The notes beneath the pieces are model-generated. The model was not told the origin of the DNA and did no database searches. It worked only from the letters and a program-made list of their open reading frames with translations. Source: an uncultured Bacteroidales bacterium (GTDB lineage: Bacteria; Bacteroidota; Bacteroidia; Bacteroidales; Bacteroidaceae). Taken from it: 64,000 bases of DNA. Each line of letters opens with the position of its first letter. Position 1 is the first letter of the stretch. Positions 31,163-41,853 of this stretch are shown here, piece after piece. The stretch covers positions 14,338 through 78,337 of the forward strand of contig CACWFY010000006.1 in NCBI GenBank assembly GCA_902760345.1. The letters run 5' to 3'. The position numbers were made by a program, and so were the translations under genes.

Positions 31163-34100
31163 ATGTCTATTAAAATGAAGAGTATCTTTCAGACAGTGCT
31201 ACTGCTATGTCTGCTCTTAGTTGTAGGCAGCGTGAAAGCGCAGAATGTAACTAAGGGTACGGTGACAGATGCCAATGGCGATCCTGTCATCGGTGCTACC
31301 GTCATGGAAAAAGGCAATCAGCAGAATGCCACAGTGACCGACTACGACGGTAACTTCGCTCTGAAGGTGTCGGGCAAGAACCCCATCGTGGTGTCGTACA
31401 TCGGCATGAAGCCCAAGACCGTTGATATCAAGGGCAAGTCGCAAGTCAACATCAAGTTGGAAGAGGACAACACCATGCTGAACGAAGTTGTCAAAATCGG
31501 TTATATGTCGGTTCGCAAAAAAGACTTGACAGGTGCCGTCTCCCAAGTGAGTGGCAAACAGATTGAGGACATCCCCGTTACCAATGTCACCGAGGCTCTG
31601 ACTGGTAAGATGGCTGGTGTAAATGTGACAACAACAGAAGGTTCGCCTGATGCTGAGATTTCGATACGTGTACGTGGTGGTGGTTCAATCTCGCAAGATA
31701 ACTCTCCACTATACATTGTTGATGGCTTTGAGGTATCGAGCATCAACGATATCCCCAGTTCAGATATTGAGACCATCGACGTACTGAAAGACGCTGCCTC
31801 TACCGCCATCTATGGTGCTCGTGGTGCTAACGGTGTTATCATCGTAACTACCAAGAGTGGCAAGACCGACGGTAGTATGCAAATCAATTTCAACGCCTCT
31901 TTTGGATGGGATAAAGTTGTGAAAGAGATTGGCGTTATGAATCCCTACAACTTTGGCCTATATCAGTATGAACTGGCCTCTGGCACACAGTTCAGCACGG
32001 AGAAGGGAAGCTACGGCACATACTCTGAACTGGAGCAGTTGAAAGGTATTGAGGGCAAAGACTGGCAAGACATGATTTTCGGCCGTACAGGCAATCAGAA
32101 GACTGTCGACGTCAGTGTAGCTGGTGGCAATAAGAAGTTGAACTATTCTGTTTCTTACGCCCATGTTGACAAGGATGCCATCATGCTGGGTTCGGGTCTG
32201 GCACGTAACAATATCACAGCCAAGCTGGGTGCTACTTTAAACAAATGGTTGTCGGCAGACTTTAAGTTCGCCCTGTCGCACACAAAGGTTGAGGGTTTGG
32301 CTAAAGGTACCGACAACAATGAGTCGAACGCCACCAATTCCTGGTCAAACAAGAGTATTCGCTATGCTCCAATCAACGCCATATCAGATGACGGTTCTGA
32401 ACTCGACGAGGAATACAGCACACGCGTTGACCCGCTGACCAGTGTACTTGGAACGTCAAAGACCTCTAAGCAACTGAAGCACAGTTACAATTTTGGATTG
32501 ACATGGAAGCCGTGGAAAGGCTGGAAGTTCAAAACACAGTTCTCTATGGGTTGGGACAACAAAGATACCGATGAAGCCTGGCTAGCTCGTGCCAACAACA
32601 ATTCGAAGTACGAAAACGCTGGTATGGGTCTTACTGTTTTCCAGACAGACAACAAAAAAAGTATTACTAATACCAATACTATCACCTACGATAAGAAGAA
32701 GCTATTCTTCAAAGGCGACAAACTGACAGCACTGTTAGGTCAAGAGTGGAAACAGACCAAGCAGGACAAGAGTGAAGACGTCTACACTGGCTATGGCAGC
32801 CAATATGACACTTTCGACAAGTTGTTCGGCAACACCGCAGCTGCCAACCGTATGGATCCATGGTATTATACTTATCCTGATGACAGAATGATGTCATTCT
32901 TCGGACAGGTGCTCTACACTATCAATGACAAATACTACTTGAACGCTACATTACGTGGTGACGGCAGTTCAAAATTCGGTGCAGGCAACCGTTGGGGACT
33001 CTTCCCAGCAGCCCAATTGGCATGGCGTATCTCTGACGAGGCATTCTTGAAGAAGTACAGCTGGATCTATAACTTGAAGCTGCGTCTCTCATTAGGTACT
33101 GCTGGTAACAACCGTATTGACTCTGGTTTGCAAATCACTCAGTACGAACAGTCACGTACGACTGGTTCTGCACCTTATTTTGACGAGAAGCGTACTACCT
33201 ATCTGAAGACTAATGGATATTTGTATAATCCAAACCTGAAATGGGAGACTACTATTACCCGCAACCTGGGTATTGACTATGGTTTTATCAACGGACGCAT
33301 CTCGGGTAGCATTGACTTCTATTGGAACAGCACCAACGACCTACTGATGAAGACACGTGTACAGAGTTCATCTGGCTATCTGTATCAATACCAGAATTTC
33401 GGTTCAACAGAGAACAAGGGTGTTGAATTCTCGACAAACCTTGTTATTCTCGACAGCAAGAACTTTACGTTAAACGGCAACTTCAATATTGCCTATAACA
33501 GAAACAAGATTACCGAACTGACTAACGACGACCCCTATCAGAGTTCAAGTTTCGCAGGTTCAACCATCTCTGAGTATAACGACTTCTACGTAACAGAAGG
33601 TGGTCGACTGGGCGAAATCTGGGGTTTCAAATATGATGGTTACTACACTGCTGATGAATTGGTTCTTAGCGCTGACGGTAAATGGGCAACTAAAGACGGG
33701 ACTAACTATACATATAGTTCAGCAACGCTCTACCCTGGTGCACCAAAGTACGTAGATCAGAATGGTGACGGTGTTATCGACGCTGCTAACGATAAGGTTC
33801 GCCTTGGCAATACAATCCCCACTTGGACTGGAGGGTTTGGACTGGACGCTTCACTGAAGCAGTCTTGGGGTACTATTGATGCTTCTATCTTCTTCAACTA
33901 CTCTTTGGGCAACAAGATTCTGAACGGCACCAAGTTGGCCAACTCGTTCTATGCAGGCTCTAGCGCAGGCTACAACCTCGTGTCAGAGTTTAATGTAGAC
34001 AACCGCTACACTTGGATAGACCCTGCAACAGGTCTGAACATCGGTCGTCCAAGTCCAAATACTATCATTGCCTATGGTGGTGTTAATGCAATTGTCAACC

Positions 34101-34429
34101 GTCTGACAGAGATCAACAATGGAAAAGCGCTTTGGTGTCCGGCAGCTAGCACTGCTATGGTTATTTCCGACTGGGCACTTGAAGACGCAGATTTCCTGCG
34201 TCTGCAGAGCGTAACCATAGGTTACACACTACCTAAAGCTTGGTTAAGGAAAATCCATGCTCAGAAACTAAGAATCTACTTCACCGGTCACAACCTATTG
34301 TGCTTCACCAAGTATGAAGGATATGATCCGGAAGTTAGTGCAAGTTCTAACCCTATGTGTCCCGGCATAGACTTTGCCATGTATCCAAAGTCTCGTTCCT
34401 ACACAGTTGGTCTTAATCTACAATTCTAA
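31163..34429 (+). CDS. SusC/RagA-family TonB-dependent transporter
   Basis: IDVLKDAASTAIYGARGANGVIIVTTK, RGDGSSKF, NPNLKWETT, terminal YPKSRSYTVGLNLQF. Confidence 0.97.
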   Translation: MSIKMKSIFQTVLLLCLLLVVGSVKAQNVTKGTVTDANGDPVIGATVMEKGNQQNATVTDYDGNFALKVSGKNPIVVSYIGMKPKTVDIKGKSQVNIKLEEDNTMLNEVVKIGYMSVRKKDLTGAVSQVSGKQIEDIPVTNVTEALTGKMAGVNVTTTEGSPDAEISIRVRGGGSISQDNSPLYIVDGFEVSSINDIPSSDIETIDVLKDAASTAIYGARGANGVIIVTTKSGKTDGSMQINFNASFGWDKVVKEIGVMNPYNFGLYQYELASGTQFSTEKGSYGTYSELEQLKGIEGKDWQDMIFGRTGNQKTVDVSVAGGNKKLNYSVSYAHVDKDAIMLGSGLARNNITAKLGATLNKWLSADFKFALSHTKVEGLAKGTDNNESNATNSWSNKSIRYAPINAISDDGSELDEEYSTRVDPLTSVLGTSKTSKQLKHSYNFGLTWKPWKGWKFKTQFSMGWDNKDTDEAWLARANNNSKYENAGMGLTVFQTDNKKSITNTNTITYDKKKLFFKGDKLTALLGQEWKQTKQDKSEDVYTGYGSQYDTFDKLFGNTAAANRMDPWYYTYPDDRMMSFFGQVLYTINDKYYLNATLRGDGSSKFGAGNRWGLFPAAQLAWRISDEAFLKKYSWIYNLKLRLSLGTAGNNRIDSGLQITQYEQSRTTGSAPYFDEKRTTYLKTNGYLYNPNLKWETTITRNLGIDYGFINGRISGSIDFYWNSTNDLLMKTRVQSSSGYLYQYQNFGSTENKGVEFSTNLVILDSKNFTLNGNFNIAYNRNKITELTNDDPYQSSSFAGSTISEYNDFYVTEGGRLGEIWGFKYDGYYTADELVLSADGKWATKDGTNYTYSSATLYPGAPKYVDQNGDGVIDAANDKVRLGNTIPTWTGGFGLDASLKQSWGTIDASIFFNYSLGNKILNGTKLANSFYAGSSAGYNLVSEFNVDNRYTWIDPATGLNIGRPSPNTIIAYGGVNAIVNRLTEINNGKALWCPAASTAMVISDWALEDADFLRLQSVTIGYTLPKAWLRKIHAQKLRIYFTGHNLLCFTKYEGYDPEVSASSNPMCPGIDFAMYPKSRSYTVGLNLQF

Positions 34430-34449
34430 TCATAAGGAGGACATACAGA

Positions 34450-36699
34450 ATGAAAAAGATATTCAAAACAGCAATGATATGTGTTGGTGCGCTGACCATT
34501 ATCTCATGTAGTGATTGGCTCGACACAAAATCCGACTCTTTGAAGGAAGAGTCTGTATTATACCAAAGTGCTGAGGACATCAAGTTGGCTACCTATGGTA
34601 TTTACGCTGACTTATGTGACGAACCTTATACACAGCTCATGACCATCCACCAAGGTGCCGGTACAGATATTGAGCTGATTGATGGCCTTGGTCAGACTGC
34701 CGTTGGCGACAATGAGCGCGGTGGTATGAACTACAATGCCACTACCTCGTGGGCAAAAATAGGAACGCTGTGGGAGAAGCAGTATAAAACGATTGAGGAC
34801 TGCAACCGCATTGTAGACGGCATCAATGCCAGCGAATTGAAGACCAATGCTGATGTGATGAAATACTCTGCTGAGGTACGTGTTATCCGTGCTATGGTCT
34901 ATCTTGATCTTGTCCGCGTTTATGGCGACATCCCATTCCACTTCTCTGGTGCCAAGTCAGATCTTTCAAATGTTAATATTGGCAAGACTGACCGAGACGT
35001 GATTCTTGATGCGCTCATTGCAGACTTAGAGAATGTCGTTGCTGAGGACAAACTGCCTTGGTGTGGCAATGGTGTTACCTCAGAACATGTTAATATGGGA
35101 TATGCAAGGGGATTACTGGCCAACATCTATATGACACGTGCTGGCTTTGCCCTGCGTGAAGATGAGAATGCGAAAGCCGTTGCCGGTGGATACTCTTCAG
35201 CAAAGAAACTTGCTGCAGGATATACTAAAACAGATCCTTACACGGGTGTAGACACCTATTCTGACAATAGTTTCCAGACCTTGCGTCCGTCAGATGCAGA
35301 TCGTACGAAATTCTATACCAAAGCACTTGCCCATCTGACAGTTGTGAAGGAAAAGGGTATTCACCAGATGAACCCCTCCTTTGCCAACGAATGGGAAAAG
35401 ATCAACAAGTTGGAGCTCGACGAAACCTATTACGAGAATATGTTTGAGATTCCCATGGGCTTTGGCATCTCTGGAGAATTAGGTTATTCTATAGGTGTTC
35501 GTATGAACGGAACGACAACAGACTATGGCTTCTCCAACTCTTCTGGTAAGGTTAAGACGACTGCTGTTCACCTTTATTCTTATGCTCCCTGCGACACTCG
35601 CCGTGACATTTCCTGTGTCGCCTTTGAGTTGAAAAACTTTGATCGTACAGATTTGGCAAAATCAAACATGACTGTAGATATCAATGGCACTACCGTTCCT
35701 GTAGAAACTGAGACGGGCGATGCCGTTACAGCAGAAAGCCTTGTCAAGAACAAACCGTTTTCACTTTATTTAGGTAAGTGGGATGTTCGTAAGATGAGCG
35801 ACCGTTGGAAGGTTCAGAATAGGACTGCATCTTTGAAGTTCGGCTATGGTATTAATACGGTACGCATGCGCTACCCCCAGATTCTACTTTGGTATGCAGA
35901 ATGTGAGAATGAGCTAAATGGTCCTACAGATGCTGCAAAAAATGCGCTGAAGGAAGTACACGCAAGAGCATATAATGATGCACCGGCACAGTCGTACAAT
36001 GGAGCATCAACAGCTATTGGTGAGGTAAGTGACTTCAATGACGAAGTAGATAACGCAACAACCAAGGCAGAGTTCCAAAAGCTTATCAGCAAGGAGAACG
36101 CGCTGGAGTTCTGCGGTGAAGGATTCCGCAAGTGGGACCTCATCCGTTGGAACACGCTCCACGATGCCATTGTACAGGCAAAGAAAGACTACGTGGCTAT
36201 GCAGTCTGGAGACACGAAGGTCTTCCAGGACAAAGTTTATTTCAAGTATAAGGATTACGAAGAAGTCACCAATACTGATGGAGACGTTATTCGCTTTAAA
36301 GCTCCAGAAAAGAGTATTGACTGGAGTTCTGTTACATGGTACGGTACAGACGGTACGAATCAACTCCCTCTTGGATCGGACCCCAGCAAGGATAAGGGTT
36401 GGATTAACACCAATGGCTATCGTTATGCAAAGACCGCAGCAGACGGCTATACGCTACCCGGTATTGGCAAGGATAATAAAGATCTAAACGGACAGAGCTA
36501 CGTAATGAATTCATTTGGTCAAGATTATGCGAACTTTGACATTGAATTCTCGACTATTTGTGGCGGTCTTGTTGGCACATGGGACGGAACAGACTGTGAT
36601 GACACTTCATTAGCAGTCAAAAACCGTTATCTCATGCCTATATACAACAATGTATTAAGTTCATCTAATGGTCGCTTGTACAATTCTTATGGCTACTAA
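34450..36699 (+). CDS. SusD/RagB-family glycan-binding lipoprotein
   Basis: Lipobox IISC-SDWL, RAMVYLDLVRVYGDIPF, MRYPQILLWYAE, ENALEFCGEGFRKWDLIRW. Confidence 0.94.
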   Translation: MKKIFKTAMICVGALTIISCSDWLDTKSDSLKEESVLYQSAEDIKLATYGIYADLCDEPYTQLMTIHQGAGTDIELIDGLGQTAVGDNERGGMNYNATTSWAKIGTLWEKQYKTIEDCNRIVDGINASELKTNADVMKYSAEVRVIRAMVYLDLVRVYGDIPFHFSGAKSDLSNVNIGKTDRDVILDALIADLENVVAEDKLPWCGNGVTSEHVNMGYARGLLANIYMTRAGFALREDENAKAVAGGYSSAKKLAAGYTKTDPYTGVDTYSDNSFQTLRPSDADRTKFYTKALAHLTVVKEKGIHQMNPSFANEWEKINKLELDETYYENMFEIPMGFGISGELGYSIGVRMNGTTTDYGFSNSSGKVKTTAVHLYSYAPCDTRRDISCVAFELKNFDRTDLAKSNMTVDINGTTVPVETETGDAVTAESLVKNKPFSLYLGKWDVRKMSDRWKVQNRTASLKFGYGINTVRMRYPQILLWYAECENELNGPTDAAKNALKEVHARAYNDAPAQSYNGASTAIGEVSDFNDEVDNATTKAEFQKLISKENALEFCGEGFRKWDLIRWNTLHDAIVQAKKDYVAMQSGDTKVFQDKVYFKYKDYEEVTNTDGDVIRFKAPEKSIDWSSVTWYGTDGTNQLPLGSDPSKDKGWINTNGYRYAKTAADGYTLPGIGKDNKDLNGQSYVMNSFGQDYANFDIEFSTICGGLVGTWDGTDCDDTSLAVKNRYLMPIYNNVLSSSNGRLYNSYGY

Positions 36700-36719
36700 T
36701 CACTAAAAGCACAAGAAAA

Positions 36720-38060
36720 ATGAAAAAGACATTCAAATATATCATGACAGTGGCAGTAGTACTGACAGGATTGCTGCAACTGGTATCGTGCAAAGATTCG
36801 AATAATGACTGGACGACAGATCCTTCAGTTACAAAGCAGCGTCCACCAACGAGTCTTTCCGTTGAAGTTGACTCTGCCACACTAGACTTGTCAGTACAAA
36901 TCGGAACAATAGCAAATGCTGCTTCATATGACTTACAGATTAGTGAGTCTCCGCTTACAAGCAATGCATCTTTGCCTGTCGAGGGGGAAGTTTTCACTAT
37001 CAGCAATATCAAGGAAGCCGACTTCGTTAATGGAAAGATTACCATAGCACGTAAGAACGACCAATTTGAAGTAAAGAATAATACCACTTACTACTTCCGT
37101 GTCAGAGCTATCGGCAAAGACAACACGGTCAGCAATTGGTACACTAACGGTATGCTCTACTATGGCGGCATCGGAAACGAGAAGACTGCCCAGAAGATGA
37201 AAGAGAACACCTATTACAAGTTGGATATTCCCACTATGATATGGGTTGGTGACAACGACATTGATCCCGATGCGCTTACCATTAGTTGGTACGAGGTTGA
37301 CTTTGCTACAGTTGCCAAGATTCGTGAAGAAGCGTCAGGCGCTGAAGTAGATGCTTCTGAAGCTACCCAAAGTGAGGAATATACAAAAACGAAGGTATGG
37401 TTCTACAAATGGGATGGACTGGAAGCTAACAAAGAATATACATTCACGCTGCGCGATAGTGAGAACAATGTAATTGCTACCATTGTTAAAGCAACCGAGA
37501 CAGCTCCGAACATGAGTCTTGCCCACTCTATTCTCTCATGGGAAAAGAGCGATGTTATTGGCGTTAAGGGTGAGTCGAAGACCGTTTGGGATTCTGATAA
37601 CTATTTCGCTATTACCTTCAATGAAGAATCGGCTGCTAATGCCGGTTGGACAAATACGGGAAAATACTACTGTCAGACGCCTGACAAGAAGGTATACACG
37701 TCTCCTTACCGTGTACAGAGCAAGAATACCAATACGCTAGAAGTTAAGGTTCCTGAGGATGGCCGCTTGTATCTCTATGCTAATGGTAGTCCGACGACCT
37801 ATGTTGTATCTAAGTACATGGGCATCGATGCAGACACTCAAGAAGATGTCTGGGAAGAGATTCAGAGAGTAACCGTCAAAAAAGATGACAAGATTTCAAT
37901 TGTCGATGACGGAGGCTCTAGCCGTAACTGCTTCAAATTCGTTAAGATAAAACTTTCAGGTGCAACAGATGGCAAGTATAAACTGGCACCAACAGCTTCT
38001 AAGTCTTGCTACTTCTACGGATTTGTATTTATTCCAAACGACACTAACGCTGGACAATAA
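36720..38060 (+). CDS. surface lipoprotein with Fn3-like domains (probable surface glycan-binding protein)
   Basis: Lipobox LVSC; Fn3-like NTTYYFRVRAIG and GLEANKEYTFTL; located directly after susD. Confidence 0.7.
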   Translation: MKKTFKYIMTVAVVLTGLLQLVSCKDSNNDWTTDPSVTKQRPPTSLSVEVDSATLDLSVQIGTIANAASYDLQISESPLTSNASLPVEGEVFTISNIKEADFVNGKITIARKNDQFEVKNNTTYYFRVRAIGKDNTVSNWYTNGMLYYGGIGNEKTAQKMKENTYYKLDIPTMIWVGDNDIDPDALTISWYEVDFATVAKIREEASGAEVDASEATQSEEYTKTKVWFYKWDGLEANKEYTFTLRDSENNVIATIVKATETAPNMSLAHSILSWEKSDVIGVKGESKTVWDSDNYFAITFNEESAANAGWTNTGKYYCQTPDKKVYTSPYRVQSKNTNTLEVKVPEDGRLYLYANGSPTTYVVSKYMGIDADTQEDVWEEIQRVTVKKDDKISIVDDGGSSRNCFKFVKIKLSGATDGKYKLAPTASKSCYFYGFVFIPNDTNAGQ

Positions 38061-38073
38061 GAATTAGTCAAAT

Positions 38074-38116
38074 GATGAGGATAAGTTGTTCTGATGAATA
38101 ACTTATCCTCATCTTT
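38074..38116 (+). terminator. stem-loop between the lipoprotein gene and the third PL1
   Basis: 14-bp perfect stem gatgaggataagtt/aacttatcctcatc, weak T tract. Confidence 0.6.
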
Positions 38117-38134
38117 CATATTAAAACATTTCAT

Positions 38135-39877
38135 ATGAAAAAACATCTGCTTCTGTTCGCAGTAGTCTTATATACCATATCGTCCCTTGCACAATTTGAT
38201 GATGCTCCAGCCTTTCCTGGTGCAGAAGGTTTTGGCCGTTACACCTCGGGAGGTAGAGATGATAATTGTACCGTCTATCATGTTACCAATCTCAACAACG
38301 CAGGAAACGGTTCTTTACGGAGTGCCATCATATCATCAGGGCCGCGTATCGTGGTTTTTGACGTATCGGGAACAATCCATCTGACATCAGATTTGAAGAT
38401 AAACAACGACAATATCACCATCCTGGGCCAGACAGCTCCAGGTGATGGCATCTGTATTGCCGATTACCCTGTATATGTCAATGCCAATAATGTTATCATA
38501 CGCTATATCCGCTTCCGAATGGGCGACGTGGGTTCAAAAGCCAAGTCGAAGGCAGATAGCAACTATGAAGGAGACGATGCCCTTGGTGGAGGTAGGGGTA
38601 AGCAAAACATCATCATCGACCACTGTTCAGTATCGTGGTCTACTGATGAATGCTGCTCGTTCTATGGTGTTAAAGATTTTACGTTACAATACTGTATTAT
38701 TGCTGAGAGTTTGAAAAATTCCATACATGCCAAGGGGAGTCATGGATATGGTGGCATCTGGGGTGGTCAAAGCGCCTCGTTTCACCACAACATGATTATG
38801 CATCACGACTCCCGCAATCCTCGCTTCGACCACGACTTCGTAAGTACATTGAAAGGCCCTATCGACTACGTCAACAATGTAGTTTACAATTGGGGAGGAA
38901 ACTCAACTTATGGCGGAGAGTCAGGAAATGGCATTGCAAAGAAGATCAATATGATCAACAACTACTATAAGCCTGGGCCTGCATCCAGTCATAAGACACG
39001 TTTGCTGAATCCGACAACGAAATGCGGCAACTGCACGGATAAGACAAAGTTCTCAGCTTCAGTAGGTTATGTCACTCCCGGACAATTCTATATCTCGGGC
39101 AACTATATGTACGGTTCAGAAGTTGTTACCAACGAGAATCTCTGCGATGCAGCCATCGATCCGGATAACAATATGACCTATAATGACTGGAAGAGCCAGT
39201 GTATCTTTACGGAACGTCATATCTCTACAGATGCAGACTTCGACAGCTATAACGTTATTTCTCTGCATACAGCAGAAACTGCATTTAACAAAGTACTGAA
39301 GTATGCCGGTGCCAGCTACCGACGTGACGAGGTCGACAAACGCCTACGTTGGGAAGCCCTGAAGGGCATCGCCTACTACAACGGATCTAACGGTTCAAAG
39401 AATGGTATGATTGACTCGCAGGAGGATGTCGGCGGTTGGCCTACCCTTCAAGATACAGGTAAACAGACCGATACCGACAATGACGGTATCCCCGATGAGT
39501 GGGAAAAGGCGCACGGGCTGACGGTCGGACAGAACAACAGCAAGACATTCAATCTTGATACAAGAGGCTATTATACCGACTTGGAGGTATATGCCAACTA
39601 CTTGGTTCAGACTATTACACAGTATGAGCGTACTGATGCGACAGCAACGTTTGAGGAGTATTATCCACTCGGTGCCATCACGCTTGACCCAGAGGCAGAC
39701 TTCCCTACCTCACCCGACTTCAAAGAACCTAATGAGCAAACAAACGGTATTAGCAATCTGACGACAAGTGCTAAACACGCCAATGGTACCTATTATAACC
39801 TATTGGGGCAACATGTTACACCTACCTCTAAGGGCATTCTGATACATAACGGCATCAAAATAGTCAACAAACCCTAA
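38135..39877 (+). CDS. pectate lyase (PL1, subfamily 2-like) with T9SS-type C-terminal signal
   Basis: PAFPGAEGFGRYTSGGR, LGQTAPGDG, IDHCSVSWSTDE, SRNPRF, DTDNDGIPDEWE; terminal NGI..YYNLLGQ..KGILIHNG; paralog of 16617-18914. Confidence 0.92.
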   Translation: MKKHLLLFAVVLYTISSLAQFDDAPAFPGAEGFGRYTSGGRDDNCTVYHVTNLNNAGNGSLRSAIISSGPRIVVFDVSGTIHLTSDLKINNDNITILGQTAPGDGICIADYPVYVNANNVIIRYIRFRMGDVGSKAKSKADSNYEGDDALGGGRGKQNIIIDHCSVSWSTDECCSFYGVKDFTLQYCIIAESLKNSIHAKGSHGYGGIWGGQSASFHHNMIMHHDSRNPRFDHDFVSTLKGPIDYVNNVVYNWGGNSTYGGESGNGIAKKINMINNYYKPGPASSHKTRLLNPTTKCGNCTDKTKFSASVGYVTPGQFYISGNYMYGSEVVTNENLCDAAIDPDNNMTYNDWKSQCIFTERHISTDADFDSYNVISLHTAETAFNKVLKYAGASYRRDEVDKRLRWEALKGIAYYNGSNGSKNGMIDSQEDVGGWPTLQDTGKQTDTDNDGIPDEWEKAHGLTVGQNNSKTFNLDTRGYYTDLEVYANYLVQTITQYERTDATATFEEYYPLGAITLDPEADFPTSPDFKEPNEQTNGISNLTTSAKHANGTYYNLLGQHVTPTSKGILIHNGIKIVNKP

Positions 39878-39926
39878 CAGGTGCTAACGCTACAGTCATC
39901 AAATAAGAGGGATAAATAGGAGAAGG

Positions 39927-40856
39927 TTACAAAGAAGTGATTAACCACCCAAGGTATACCAGATAGCCCCCTACGAGTACAGCACCTTCCCAGCGATCCA
40001 CCGTATATCGGGTGCGGGAGAAGAGCCACACGAGGACTACCGACAAGAGCATCACTGCCAAATCGATGGTGGTGATGCCTTCTATTTCCAGCGGACTGAT
40101 GGTGGCCGTCAGTCCGAGAATCAGCAGGATGTTAAAGACATTCGAGCCAATCACATTGCCAATGGCAATAGCCGACTGACCCTTACGGGCAGCAACGACG
40201 CTGGTAGCCAATTCAGGCAGACTCGTTCCACCTGCCACAATGGTCAGGCCGACGACACCCTCACTGATACCTAAAGCATAGGCCACGCTGGAAGCAGAGT
40301 CGACAAACAGGTTACTGCCGACGACCAGCATCGCTAAACCGCCCAGCACATACAGCACGCTCAACACGGGGCACAACTGTTGGTTTTCGTCGACGACTTC
40401 AGCCTGTCCGTTTTTTGCCTGTGACAACGTATAGGCCATAAAGGCTACAAAGCCTACCAGCAACAACAGACCGTCCAACCGTCCCAGAAAGCCGTTGAAT
40501 GCCAACAGCATTAGCAATACCGAAGCGCCTACCGAGAAAGGTATGTCTTTCTTCACCGTACTACGGCTGATGGTCATAGGTGCGACCATTGCCGCACAGC
40601 CCACAATGAGCATGCAGTTCATGGTGTTCGACCCCACTACGTTGCCCACAGCCAAGTCGGGCGTACCCTTCAAGGCCGACACCATGCTGACAAACAACTC
40701 AGGGGCCGACGTTCCTGCCGCTACAATGGTCAGACCAATGATAATCTCAGGGACGTTCATCCGTCGGGCCAATGCCGAGGCTCCTTCCGTCAAGCGGTCA
40801 GCGCCGTACAGCACCATAGTCACGCCAAGTACGATTAAGAAAATGTCTAATAGCAT
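39927..40856 (-). CDS. calcium/sodium antiporter (YrbG/CaCA family)
   Basis: Two alpha repeats GTSAPEL / GTSLPEL and GNVVGSN / GNVIGSN. Confidence 0.93.
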   Translation of the reverse strand: MLLDIFLIVLGVTMVLYGADRLTEGASALARRMNVPEIIIGLTIVAAGTSAPELFVSMVSALKGTPDLAVGNVVGSNTMNCMLIVGCAAMVAPMTISRSTVKKDIPFSVGASVLLMLLAFNGFLGRLDGLLLLVGFVAFMAYTLSQAKNGQAEVVDENQQLCPVLSVLYVLGGLAMLVVGSNLFVDSASSVAYALGISEGVVGLTIVAGGTSLPELATSVVAARKGQSAIAIGNVIGSNVFNILLILGLTATISPLEIEGITTIDLAVMLLSVVLVWLFSRTRYTVDRWEGAVLVGGYLVYLGWLITSL

Positions 40857-40859
40857 GTA

Positions 40860-41279
40860 TTATTCATCAAAGTCAAAGTCATCGTCAAAGAAGTCACCTT
40901 CCAGTGCCGGCCCCACGAACTCGTCCAGTGCGCGACGTTCCTTTTTCGTTGGACGACCTGTACCACGCTGACGGTTCACGAAGCCGCTGATGCGGTTCAT
41001 CTCCAGCAACTCATACTGGTCAGGCGTTGTCACGTTCTCATAGACCTCGGGAATGAGTTTCGCCCCTACCCTTTGCTCAATAGTCTTCAGTATTTTGAAC
41101 GAATAGGTCACCGGCGGCTTGCGCACGCTGACCACCTCCCCCACCTTCACCATGCGCGAAGGCTTGACATTGACGCCCTGAATGGTGACACGACCATTCT
41201 TGATAGCATCGGCAGCTATCGAGCGCGTCTTGAAGATGCGCGCAGCCCAAAGCCACTTATCGATTCTTGCATCGTTCAT
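40860..41279 (-). CDS. hslR: ribosome-associated heat shock protein Hsp15 (S4 domain)
   Basis: RIDKWLWAARIFKTRS and GRPTKKERR motifs. Confidence 0.92.
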   Translation of the reverse strand: MNDARIDKWLWAARIFKTRSIAADAIKNGRVTIQGVNVKPSRMVKVGEVVSVRKPPVTYSFKILKTIEQRVGAKLIPEVYENVTTPDQYELLEMNRISGFVNRQRGTGRPTKKERRALDEFVGPALEGDFFDDDFDFDE

Positions 41280-41851
41280 TTCCCCTTACCCAATTTGTTA
41301 TATTGGTTCATCGTGATGTCGATACCCGCCAAGACAAAACTCTTGATGATGTCGACAGCCACATTGATGGCAGGCTGGAGTTTCTCCATCTCCTCCAACG
41401 GAAAACGACTGAGCACATGGTCTATCTGCATACCCATCGGATAGTCGTTGCCAATACCCATCCGCAGACGGGCATATTGCTGACCGATGAGCTGTTGGAT
41501 GTGTCCCAAGCCATTATGCCCACCGTTTGACCCACTGGCCTTCAGACGGAACTGTCCCACAGGAATGGCCACATCGTCGCTCACCACCAACAAACGGCTC
41601 TGGTCGATATTCTCCTGATTTAACCAGTAACGCACAGCATTGCCGCTTAGATTCATATACGTGGTAGGTTTGAGCAAGAAAACCTTCCTACCCTTCAGCA
41701 TTGTCTCGCCCACAAAGCCATAACGCTTATCGGCAAAAACGATATTGGACGCCTTAGCAAAAGCGTCCAATACCATAAATCCTGTGTTGTGGCGGGTCTC
41801 GGCGTACTCATCACCAGGGTTACCCAAGCCTACAATCAAGTACTTGTCCAT
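41276..41851 (-). CDS. pth: peptidyl-tRNA hydrolase
   Basis: LIVGLGNPG, TRHNTGF, KPTTYMNLSG, GGHNGL. Confidence 0.97.
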   Translation of the reverse strand: MDKYLIVGLGNPGDEYAETRHNTGFMVLDAFAKASNIVFADKRYGFVGETMLKGRKVFLLKPTTYMNLSGNAVRYWLNQENIDQSRLLVVSDDVAIPVGQFRLKASGSNGGHNGLGHIQQLIGQQYARLRMGIGNDYPMGMQIDHVLSRFPLEEMEKLQPAINVAVDIIKSFVLAGIDITMNQYNKLGKGK

Positions 41852-41853
41852 AA

